From positions 1-17,344 of the forward strand of contig JBGSTX010000119.1 of NCBI GenBank assembly GCA_041736305.1: a stretch of DNA of 17,344 bases, in the 5' to 3' direction. This stretch comes from Oligoflexus sp. (lineage in GTDB: Bacteria; Bdellovibrionota_B; Oligoflexia; Oligoflexales; Oligoflexaceae). How positions within the stretch are numbered: the first letter of the stretch is position 1; each line of letters opens with the position of its first letter. Shown here one piece after another: positions 8,621 to 16,365 of the stretch. Below the pieces are notes generated by a model. That model was not told the origin of the DNA, did no database searches, and saw only the letters and a list, made by a program, of their open reading frames with translations. The position numbers and the translations under genes are program-made.

Positions 8621-8731
8621 TTATTTAGCAGATTTGCCAGCTTCGATACGGCGCTTACGGCGAGCCTTCAATTTACGGCGAGCCTTGGAGCGCTTGACTT
8701 TGAGTGTTCTGCGATTATCCCCGCGTCCCAT
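8621..8731 (-). CDS. 36-aa highly basic small protein, Thx (bTHX/PSRP4)-like ribosomal protein candidate
   Basis: MGRGDNRRTLKVKRSKARRKLKARRKRRIEAGKSAK*. GAGG RBS directly after the rpmB stop, followed by a terminator; N-terminus resembles the Thx MG(K/R)GD..T motif. Absent from the ORF track. Confidence 0.75.
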   Translation of the reverse strand: MGRGDNRRTLKVKRSKARRKLKARRKRRIEAGKSAK

Positions 8732-8740
8732 ATATACCTC

Positions 8741-8971
8741 TTACTTCAGTTTTAGGCCGTTTTTGCGTGCAAAACTATCCAGACCAAGCTTATCGATCGT
8801 CCGAATAGTAGATGTCGAAACTTTCAAGGTGATGAACTTTTTCAGCTCAGTCGACCAGAATTTCTTCCTCTGAAGATTGGGAAGGAAGCGGTGCTTGGAT
8901 TTAATGTTGGAATGCGATACGCGGTTTCCAACCAAAACACCCTTGCCAGTCAATTCACAGCGACGAGACAT
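8741..8971 (-). CDS. rpmB: 50S ribosomal protein L28
   Basis: MSRRCELTGK...GNRVSHSN.K...RFLPNLQ...LKVST..IRTIDK.G. Confidence 0.96.
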   Translation of the reverse strand: MSRRCELTGKGVLVGNRVSHSNIKSKHRFLPNLQRKKFWSTELKKFITLKVSTSTIRTIDKLGLDSFARKNGLKLK

Positions 8972-8973
8972 GT

Positions 8974-9333
8974 TTATTCCTCTCCGTCACGATTTGGCTT
9001 GTCTTCAGAACGAGGACCCCTTGGGCCGCCGGACCGGCTAGAAGTGCCCATAGCTGAAGTAGCAATCGCGGACATTTCCGTTGCAAAATTGCGTTCTTGA
9101 CGATGGCCGAGACTGTAGGGGATCAGGGCCAGATACCGAGCTCTCTTAACCGCGTTACAGATCGCGCGTTGCTGCTTGGCAGTAGCACCCGAAATGCGGC
9201 GTGGAATGATTTTACCACGGTCAGTGATGAAGCGCCGAAGGACTTCTGGGTTTTTGTAGTCGATAATGATGCTCGGGTCCAAGGTCCGCTTGCGACGGAA
9301 CATCAGACGTCTTTTTTTCCTAGCGTTTGCCAT
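8974..9333 (-). CDS. rpsR: 30S ribosomal protein S18 with C-terminal extension
   Basis: [31 protein letters not shown]....[13 protein letters not shown]; start set to ATG 9333 because GGAGG precedes it. Confidence 0.93.
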   Translation of the reverse strand: MANARKKRRLMFRRKRTLDPSIIIDYKNPEVLRRFITDRGKIIPRRISGATAKQQRAICNAVKRARYLALIPYSLGHRQERNFATEMSAIATSAMGTSSRSGGPRGPRSEDKPNRDGEE

Positions 9334-9460
9334 TGCGGCCTCCGGTAATGCTAAATCAGATATTCTTGCGATCTGATGGGGGATGCTAGTAGTTTCAACA
9401 ACACGCATAAGCCAGGAGTCTTGCTCCCGGCCATGTGGGACACCACCCTAAAGGTGTTGC

Positions 9461-9489
9461 AAGTTAACTCAAACACGCGTTACTGGCAA
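9461..9489 (-). promoter_or_regulatory. Putative sigma70 promoter of the rpsR operon
   Basis: Minus strand TTGCCA-17 nt-TAACTT. Confidence 0.5.
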
Positions 9490-9585
9490 GCGTAAATAGA
9501 AAGCTAGGCAGGTCATTTTGCCTTGTTTTTAAGCGCAAAAATAGAAGATCCAGCTCCTCAGACGATTTTGGAAGGCGTGGTGCCC

Positions 9586-11880
9586 GTGCATTATCTCGAT
9601 ATTTCTATCCCCGTTGCCTTAGACCAAAGCTTTACTTACCTCGCCAGCAGCGATATTCCGGCGGGCTGTCGGGTATTAGTGCCTTTTGGAGAGCGGAACC
9701 GCAAAACTGTAGGCGTTGTTTTAGGTGCGAGCCCCCATAGGTCTGCAGGCAAAGGACCCCTGAAGGAGGTTCTAGAACGGCTCGACGATGGACCGGCTTA
9801 TAGTAGCGAGCTTATGCGTCTCGCTCAGTGGATAAGTCAATATTACCTATACCCTCTTGGCGAAGTTCTGCGGAGCATGCTCCCCGCCTCGCAAACCAAG
9901 ACGAAAGCTAACAAAGTCCGCATGAGCGTGGAGGGGGAAGTAGCATGGAAAGACGAAGCTCACCCTTTGCATCAGACTTTGCGTGCTCTCTGGAAAAAGA
10001 GGGGTACAGTCAGTTTGACCGTATGGACGAAGCGTTTGCAGCTCTTCTTAGAAACAGCACCTCCAGGTAAAAAGTTAAGTCTCAGCCGCATGGAAAAGGA
10101 CGGCTGGCTCATCAAAGAAAGCAGCCAGAGTACGAGCGTGAGACGCTGGAAGGACTTTGACGACGAACTCGCGGCAGGTGGGACGGCAGAATTTGAAAAA
10201 GACTTGAGCGAAGCACAAAAAACCGTGCTCGAGGCTCTCTCTCTCGCTGCTCAATCCAAGCCTGAAGAAATGAAGCCTGTTCTTCTTCATGGTGTAACCG
10301 GTGCAGGTAAGACCGAGCTTTATCTCCAGCTCATCGCCCGTTATCTGAGTTCTGACGCTGATTCTCAGATACTCGTTCTAGTGCCAGAGATCGCGCTTAC
10401 TCCCCAGATGACACGCGTCTTCACACACAGGTTTCCGCAGCGGATTGCCGTCGTGCATTCGGCGATGAGTCCAAGTGATCGCTGGGCCCAGCTGACGGCA
10501 ATCAAGCAGAAGCAAAAAAGCATTCTCATAGGTCCGCGATCAGCAGTTTTTGCTCCCTTTACTTCGTTACGACTTATCATCGTCGATGAAGAGCATGACA
10601 GTAGCTACAAGCAGGGTGCGGGGTTGAGTTATAATGGCCGGGATGTAGCCGTTATGCGAGGGCATCTGGAAAAAGTTCTCGTCGTCTTGGGCAGCGCCAC
10701 TCCTTCTATGGAATCCTACGCCAATGCAGAACAGGGTAAATACCAACTTCTGAGGCTGTCAGAGAGGGCTCTGGGAAGGCCGATGCCGCACATTACTCTT
10801 ATCGAGCCAGAAATGAGCCAGTCATATGCCAAAAGACTGCAGCGGCCTGGTGTCGAACTCACGCTTCTCGACCTTCCTGTTGATCCCAGAATACTGACGG
10901 CTCTCCGGGAAAATCATGCTAAAGGGCTGCAATCGATGGTCCTTGTCAATCGTCGTGGCTATGCCTATTACCTATTCTCGCTGCGCGAACGAAAGGCAGT
11001 CACCTGTCCTCAGTGCAGTATTTCACTTACTGTTCATAAAAATTCGAGTCTGCTGCGGTGTCACTACTGCGATTACCAGCGGCGACTCGATCAAATGCTG
11101 GGCAGTGAGGATAGAGATGCCTATGTGCTAGTTGGTTATGGCAGCGAGCAAATGGAAATTTTTCTCGGCGAAGCCCTTCCTGGGGTGAGAATCCAAAGGG
11201 TCGATTCCGATACTGTCACCCAGCGTGACGCTCTTCCAAAAATTTTGGAAGATTTTCGGATGGGGCGTATCGATGTCTTGGTCGGAACCCAGATGCTGGC
11301 TAAGGGTCACGATTTTGCAAAGGTGACTCTTATTTGCATTCTTGAAATCGACCAAACCCTGAATCTTCCAGATTTTCGTGCCGGTGAAAGAACTTTTCAG
11401 CTCATGGTACAGGCTGCCGGTCGAGCCGGGCGAGATGCTTGGGCTGGTGAGGTTCTCATCCAGAGTCAGAAACAAGGCCACCCTGTGCTCGAGGCAGGCA
11501 TCGCTCAGGATTACCTGGCTTTTTGGGATGATCAGAAAGCTTTCCGCCGTGTCCACGGCTACCCGCCTTACTCCCGCATGATACTTTTCGAAATATCTTC
11601 AGCGAAGAAGGACCTTCTGGAATCCTGGGTTCGTGGGCTGAGTCAATGGCTCAGCAGTCTGCAGAAGCGTTACCCTACAGAGCTGTCAAGGCTTCAAATC
11701 CTCGGTCCAGCCGTACCTCCCATCGAGATGATAAGAGGGCGTCTGCGGCGTACGTTACTCCTCATCAGTGAAGATCGTCACAGTCTCTGGTCGCTTGCAA
11801 AGCAGCTCAAAAGCGACTTTGCAAAGCTGCCAGGCGATTTACAGCTACGCGTCGACGTCGATCCGCAGAGTCTCATGTAG
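9586..11880 (+). CDS. priA: Primosomal protein N' (replication restart helicase)
   Basis: G.RVLVPFG, GVTGAGKTELY, LVPEIALTPQ, VDEEHD.SYKQ, GSATPS.ES, NRRGY, GTQMLAKGHDF, PDFRA.ER, Q.AGRAGR, YPPY, VDVDP. Start uncertain (GTG 9577/9580/9586; track gives TTG 9523). Confidence 0.95.
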   Translation: MHYLDISIPVALDQSFTYLASSDIPAGCRVLVPFGERNRKTVGVVLGASPHRSAGKGPLKEVLERLDDGPAYSSELMRLAQWISQYYLYPLGEVLRSMLPASQTKTKANKVRMSVEGEVAWKDEAHPLHQTLRALWKKRGTVSLTVWTKRLQLFLETAPPGKKLSLSRMEKDGWLIKESSQSTSVRRWKDFDDELAAGGTAEFEKDLSEAQKTVLEALSLAAQSKPEEMKPVLLHGVTGAGKTELYLQLIARYLSSDADSQILVLVPEIALTPQMTRVFTHRFPQRIAVVHSAMSPSDRWAQLTAIKQKQKSILIGPRSAVFAPFTSLRLIIVDEEHDSSYKQGAGLSYNGRDVAVMRGHLEKVLVVLGSATPSMESYANAEQGKYQLLRLSERALGRPMPHITLIEPEMSQSYAKRLQRPGVELTLLDLPVDPRILTALRENHAKGLQSMVLVNRRGYAYYLFSLRERKAVTCPQCSISLTVHKNSSLLRCHYCDYQRRLDQMLGSEDRDAYVLVGYGSEQMEIFLGEALPGVRIQRVDSDTVTQRDALPKILEDFRMGRIDVLVGTQMLAKGHDFAKVTLICILEIDQTLNLPDFRAGERTFQLMVQAAGRAGRDAWAGEVLIQSQKQGHPVLEAGIAQDYLAFWDDQKAFRRVHGYPPYSRMILFEISSAKKDLLESWVRGLSQWLSSLQKRYPTELSRLQILGPAVPPIEMIRGRLRRTLLLISEDRHSLWSLAKQLKSDFAKLPGDLQLRVDVDPQSLM

Positions 11881-11910
11881 TCCTCGCAGCCAGAGACGGC
11901 GAAAAGCGAT

Positions 11911-11940
11911 TTGCATTTACCCGGCTCACGACTATAGAAT
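11911..11940 (+). promoter_or_regulatory. Putative sigma70 promoter for clpP (possibly also tRNA-Leu)
   Basis: TTGCAT-18 nt-TAGAAT. Confidence 0.45.
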
Positions 11941-11986
11941 ATATGAGATTACTAGGTTTTCTGCCAGAATGGGGACAGGAGTGGTC

Positions 11987-12568
11987 ATGAGCAGTATGGA
12001 TCTCGATCAGTTGGCGGGCCAGCAGAGTGAAAACAAACTTCTCGAAAAGAGAGTCATATTTGTATCTGAAGCAATTAATGCGACCGTTGCAAAACGAGTC
12101 GTCAGCCATCTCTTAGCTCTCGATGCCCAAGATACCGGCAAACCCATCTATATGTACCTCAATAGTCCTGGTGGGGAAGTTAACAGCGGCTTTTCGATCT
12201 ATGACACGATGCGTTACATAGGGTCTGAAGTGCACGTTGTTTGTACAGGCCTCACAGCTAGCATAGCTACGGTTATGCTTCTTGGGGCACCGCGTCAGCA
12301 TCGTTACAGCATGCCGAATACTCGCTTTCTGATTCATCAGCCTCTTATCGGTGGTCATGTGCAGGGGCAGGCTTCAGACCTTGAGATTACTGCACGGGAA
12401 ATCATCAAGACCCGCGCTAAAATCAATCAAATGCTTGCCAAAGAGTGTAAGCAAGCACTTGAAAAAGTTGAAGAAGATACAGTGCGCGATTATTGGATGA
12501 ACGCCGAAGAAGCACTTGCTTATGGCTTGATCACAAAAATTGTAGCGAACATGAAAGAGATCTTGTAA
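11987..12568 (+). CDS. clpP: ATP-dependent Clp protease proteolytic subunit
   Basis: YLNSPGG, IYDTM, ASIA (catalytic Ser), IHQP (His), RD.WM.AEEA..YGL; ATG at 11987 after AGGAG, preferred over the track start inside priA. Confidence 0.95.
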   Translation: MSSMDLDQLAGQQSENKLLEKRVIFVSEAINATVAKRVVSHLLALDAQDTGKPIYMYLNSPGGEVNSGFSIYDTMRYIGSEVHVVCTGLTASIATVMLLGAPRQHRYSMPNTRFLIHQPLIGGHVQGQASDLEITAREIIKTRAKINQMLAKECKQALEKVEEDTVRDYWMNAEEALAYGLITKIVANMKEIL

Positions 12569-12602
12569 AAGCGAGATCTCTATCTCATACGAGAGATGAT
12601 CC

Positions 12603-12688
12603 GCGAAGGTGGTGGAATTGGTAGACACGCTAGTCTCAGAAGCTAGTGGGCGTAGCCTTTGGGGGTTCAAGTCCCCCCCTTCGCACCA
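12603..12688 (+). tRNA. tRNA-Leu (anticodon CAG)
   Basis: Acceptor stem GCGAAGG/CCTTCGC, discriminator A, encoded CCA, D-loop GAATTGGTAGAC, anticodon arm CTAGT-CTCAGAA-GCTAG, long variable arm, T-arm GGGGG-TTCAAGT-CCCCC. Confidence 0.96.
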
Positions 12689-12727
12689 GCTCCTCTATAG
12701 TAGTCTTGCATACCGACTGAGTATCCC

Positions 12728-14554
12728 TTGATAAAACCTTTCCTGAAGCGCCGGCTCGTCTCCTTGAGTGTAGCTACAGCCTGTACCTTCATTCTTGGAA
12801 TCGTTTCGGCTCTAACTTTTGCGATGCTCGGTCCTGCCGTGCAAATTCTCAGTAATCCCCATCGTCTGAGCGAAGTCCCTCTCACGGAATTATTTGGCCC
12901 CCGTCTCGCACCCTACCTTGAATATGTAATAGGCCGTCAGAGCGTCAGTGCTGGTGAGCTTTGGGATTCTTTGCCACTCTTCATCCTGATAGCAGCTTTC
13001 CTTCGAGCTATTCTGGCGATGATGCAGTGGTTTCTTTGGGAAAAAAGTAGCGAACTGATAGCTCGTGACATGCGACAGGATTTGATCACTCGCTATCTCA
13101 GCCTGCATCCAGAAGCCAGGCGTGATCGCACCCAAGAGGTCGATAAAGAGATAGCTGCGGGAGTAAGTAGTGATATCCGTCTGGTCCGCGAATACCTGGT
13201 GCATTTCTTCGGCGGATTTCCCCGGGAATCTTTGCAGGTCATTCTTTATCTCATTACCCTTTTTCTGCTGGAGCCGACGCTCGCAGCTTTTTTTCTTCTC
13301 GGACTTGGGCCTTCGGCGCTCCTTCTTTCACGGCTCGGCAAAAAGATGCGCAAACGATCGCAGCGCGTGCTCGACAACAGCAGTGTGATGATCGAATGGC
13401 TCCAGCAAAGACTTTCCGGTATTGAGACCATAAAGCAGTTTCGAACTGAGAAATTGGAAGAGGAGCAGCTTCATCGCTATTCAGAAAGACTCTTTCAACT
13501 TTTTGTAAAGGCCGCTCGTCTCAAGGCCCGAACTTCACCTCTGCTTGAAGTTTTTGCCATTGCAGCCATGATGTTTGTGCTTGGTTACGCGCTGCAGAAA
13601 ATTGCTGGCGGAAGTCTTAACAGCAGCGTTCTTTTATCTTTTTTTGCAGTTCTTGCTAACCTTTCGCAATCAGCCGCGAAGCTGGGCCGCTACTTCAACA
13701 GCAATAAGGAGGGCGAAGCGGCTTTAGCCAGACTCAATAAACTGAGCGAGTCGATGGAGCAAGGGAGTCGTAAGCTACGAACTCTCACTTTGCGTCCTGA
13801 GCAGGAAAGCCGGCTCCTCATTAGCAAACTGAGCTACAACTACACCTCTGCCAGAGGGGATAAGTCGAAAAAAGCAGCGCTTGAAGACATCAACCTGGTT
13901 TTTGGCAAAGGACGTATCTATGCGATTGCGGGTCCCTCTGGATCAGGAAAGACAACTCTTCTCAAGCTAATCCTCGGGCTCTGGCAGGTCCAAGATGGTT
14001 CACTTTCCTATGGTCTCACCCGAACAGAAGATCTTGGCTATCTGCCGCAAACAGTTCAGCTCATGCCTGGAAGCATTGCAGCTAATATCTCTTACCCTCA
14101 TCCTGAAACTGATCAAGTTCGACTTGAAGATGCCTTGCGGCGGGTAGGTTTGCACGATTTCGTGAAAGCTCTTCCTGAATCTTGGCAGAGCGAAGTCGGT
14201 GAGGGGAGGGCTGTAACTCTTTCGGGAGGGCAAGCCCAGCGAATCAAGCTAGCCCGTTTAATCTACCACCGCTTTCCCCTGGTCGTGATCGACGAAGGCA
14301 CATCAGCCCTCGATCCTGAGACCGAGGCAACTATCTTTAAGACTCTCAGAGAAATGGCTGAAGAGGGAGCCACTCTGATCATGGTTGCTCATAGAATCTC
14401 AGCCCTGCAGATTGCTGACGAATTAATAGTGCTGAGACGCGGCCAAGTCTTCTATCAAGGCGCACCTCTGAAGATTCTGCAAAGCGAGAACTGGCGTGAG
14501 CTTTTTGATGAGCAGGAAAAGAAAGCTGAAGCAGAAACAGAAGAGCTCGGCTGA
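12728..14554 (+). CDS. ABC exporter, fused permease/ATPase (MsbA-like)
   Basis: N-terminal multi-TM domain; Walker A GPSGSGKT, Q-loop LPQ, LSGGQ signature, Walker B VVIDE, D-loop SALD, H-loop AHR. Confidence 0.88.
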   Translation: MIKPFLKRRLVSLSVATACTFILGIVSALTFAMLGPAVQILSNPHRLSEVPLTELFGPRLAPYLEYVIGRQSVSAGELWDSLPLFILIAAFLRAILAMMQWFLWEKSSELIARDMRQDLITRYLSLHPEARRDRTQEVDKEIAAGVSSDIRLVREYLVHFFGGFPRESLQVILYLITLFLLEPTLAAFFLLGLGPSALLLSRLGKKMRKRSQRVLDNSSVMIEWLQQRLSGIETIKQFRTEKLEEEQLHRYSERLFQLFVKAARLKARTSPLLEVFAIAAMMFVLGYALQKIAGGSLNSSVLLSFFAVLANLSQSAAKLGRYFNSNKEGEAALARLNKLSESMEQGSRKLRTLTLRPEQESRLLISKLSYNYTSARGDKSKKAALEDINLVFGKGRIYAIAGPSGSGKTTLLKLILGLWQVQDGSLSYGLTRTEDLGYLPQTVQLMPGSIAANISYPHPETDQVRLEDALRRVGLHDFVKALPESWQSEVGEGRAVTLSGGQAQRIKLARLIYHRFPLVVIDEGTSALDPETEATIFKTLREMAEEGATLIMVAHRISALQIADELIVLRRGQVFYQGAPLKILQSENWRELFDEQEKKAEAETEELG

Positions 14555-14586
14555 AGGCTATTTCTCCTCATGAGGAGAAATAGCCT
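14555..14586. repeat. Perfect 32-bp palindrome between the convergent ABC exporter and etfA
   Basis: AGGCTATTTCTCCTCA|TGAGGAGAAATAGCCT; no spacer and no U-tract. Confidence 0.85.
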
Positions 14587-14592
14587 AGCGAT

Positions 14593-15561
14593 TTACCCGC
14601 GAAGTTCTTTAATTTTCTTGGTCATAGCTGGTACGACTTTGAACAAGTCGCCTACGATCCCGTAATTGGCGATTTTGAATATGGGCGCTTCTGGATCAGT
14701 GTTGACGGCAACAATGACTTTCGAAGTTCTCATACCTGCCATGTGCTGAATTGATCCACTTATACCTGCAGCAAAGTAGAGATTCGGGTTAACGGTCTTG
14801 CCCGTCTGGCCTACCTGCATATCATGAGGTGCGAAACCGGCATCAACAGCAGCGCGGGAGGCGCCGACAGTTGCGCCAAGAGTATCCGCAAACTCATGAA
14901 GAATGGAGAAAGCATCGGCTGAGCCCAGAGCTCGGCCGCCGGAAACGATGACACTTGCCTCGGTAAGGTCGGCTTTCTCGCTCTTACCCTTTCTGATTTC
15001 TACTGTCTCCAGCTTGCCAGTAACAGGAGACACGTCGAGTTTCGTTAGCTGTGCATTGCCATCACCGGTGCTGTCGCCCTTGAACACATTAGGACGGAGG
15101 CTGGCGAAGTGAAGCTCGGCGTTTTGCAGCTGAAGCTGGGCGAAGCACTTGCCTGAATACATAGGCTTGGTGCCGGAAATCGTCCCATTTTCGTTTTTGA
15201 TATCGACCAGGTCCGTAGCCATTCCTGCATCAAAGCGAGCGGCGAGGCGGGGTAGGAGATCGCGGCCCATAGGGGTTGCCATGGCTAGAACTAGCTTAGG
15301 TGCGAAGGTCTTGATAGCCTGCTCGAGAGCGGCGGCGTAGTTGAGTACGTTGTAATGATGGAATGCGTTTCCACTCACCGAGTAAACGGTATCAGCTCCG
15401 TAACCTTTGATCTCTGATGTAAGGCCTTCGACGCTGCCGCCAACGACTAGTGCTGCCACGTCGCTGGCAGATCCAGCGAGCTTTCTGGCGGTCGCGAGGG
15501 CTTCATGAGAGCTTTTCTTCAGCTTATTTTCGCGCTGCTCGACAAAAACTAGAACTTTCAT
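14593..15561 (-). CDS. etfA: Electron transfer flavoprotein subunit alpha
   Basis: VIVSGGRALG, VGASRAAVDAG, QVGQTGKTV.P.LY.A.GISGSIQH.AGM, NTDPEAPIF; GGAGG RBS. Confidence 0.96.
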   Translation of the reverse strand: MKVLVFVEQRENKLKKSSHEALATARKLAGSASDVAALVVGGSVEGLTSEIKGYGADTVYSVSGNAFHHYNVLNYAAALEQAIKTFAPKLVLAMATPMGRDLLPRLAARFDAGMATDLVDIKNENGTISGTKPMYSGKCFAQLQLQNAELHFASLRPNVFKGDSTGDGNAQLTKLDVSPVTGKLETVEIRKGKSEKADLTEASVIVSGGRALGSADAFSILHEFADTLGATVGASRAAVDAGFAPHDMQVGQTGKTVNPNLYFAAGISGSIQHMAGMRTSKVIVAVNTDPEAPIFKIANYGIVGDLFKVVPAMTKKIKELRG

Positions 15562-15573
15562 AGAGAACCCTCC

Positions 15574-16365
15574 TTAGATCACTTTCGCTTCTTCGCGCAA
15601 GAGTTTGACAACCTTCGCCACCATTTCATCGACGCCTTCGCCCTTGAAAACCTGTCCGGCTTTTTTCTCAGGTGGGTACTGATAACTCTTTATCGCGACC
15701 TTAACTTTCCCTTGAAGCTGGGCTTGGTCGAGCCCGAGGTCGGAGATTTTCTTGACATCAAAAGGCTTTTTCTTCGCCTTCATAATGCCCGGAAGAGCCG
15801 CGTAGCGAGGGTTGTTCAAGGTCTTGTTCGCACCGATAACTGCCGGAAGTGGGAATTTATAAACTTCAACGTAGCCACCTTCTGCTTCGCGTTCGGCAGT
15901 GGCATTACCACCTTCAATGCTCAGCTTGTTGACTACGTTAACGTGAGCCCAACCGAGCAGCTCAGCGAGCATAGGCGCTATGTGCATGTTGTCGTCGTCA
16001 ATCGCTTGCTTACCGACTAAGACCAGGTCGGGGTTCTCAGCTTTGACGGCCGCTGCAAGAATTTTAGCGATAGTCAGAGAATCAGCATCAGCAAGGCCCT
16101 GATTGGAGATGAGTAGGCCGCGGTCACCACCCATCGCGAGACCTTTGATAATCAATTCACGCACACTGTCATCACCGTAGCTACCAATGACAACCTCGGC
16201 ACCGCCGCTGCGCTCTTTGATTTGAATCGCTTCTTCGATAGCGTATTCATCGTAAGGATTGATAATAAACTTAACGTCACCGCTCTCGATCGCAGAATTG
16301 TTGTTCGACAGCTGGATCTTGGTTTCTGTGTCGGGAGTCTTTTTTAGAAAAACCAAAATTTTCAT
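15574..16365 (-). CDS. etfB: Electron transfer flavoprotein subunit beta
   Basis: MKILV.LK..PDT, INPYDEYAIEEA, LAMG.D, GKQAIDDD, PRY..L.GIMKAKKK. Confidence 0.96.
   Translation of the reverse strand: MKILVFLKKTPDTETKIQLSNNNSAIESGDVKFIINPYDEYAIEEAIQIKERSGGAEVVIGSYGDDSVRELIIKGLAMGGDRGLLISNQGLADADSLTIAKILAAAVKAENPDLVLVGKQAIDDDNMHIAPMLAELLGWAHVNVVNKLSIEGGNATAEREAEGGYVEVYKFPLPAVIGANKTLNNPRYAALPGIMKAKKKPFDVKKISDLGLDQAQLQGKVKVAIKSYQYPPEKKAGQVFKGEGVDEMVAKVVKLLREEAKVI

Noticed and set aside
8653-8686. Direct repeat TTACGGCGAGCCTT (two copies) as a mini-CRISPR or DNA repeat
   Set aside because: Only two closely spaced copies; explained by the KARRK duplication in the 36-aa ORF.
8294-8873. Plus-strand ORFs of 153 aa and 121 aa
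   Set aside because: Antisense shadows of rnhA, the Thx-like ORF and rpmB; no recognisable motifs.
9334-9408. 25-aa N-terminal extension of S18 in the ORF track
   Set aside because: A strong GGAGG precedes ATG 9333; the upstream stretch is better read as leader.
11768-11986. 73-aa N-terminal extension of ClpP
   Set aside because: It overlaps priA and the predicted promoter; ATG 11987 with AGGAG gives a normal-sized ClpP.
12603-12730. tRNA-Leu as an integration site for a genomic island
   Set aside because: No integrase and no duplicated tRNA 3' end were seen in the window; flanking genes are housekeeping.
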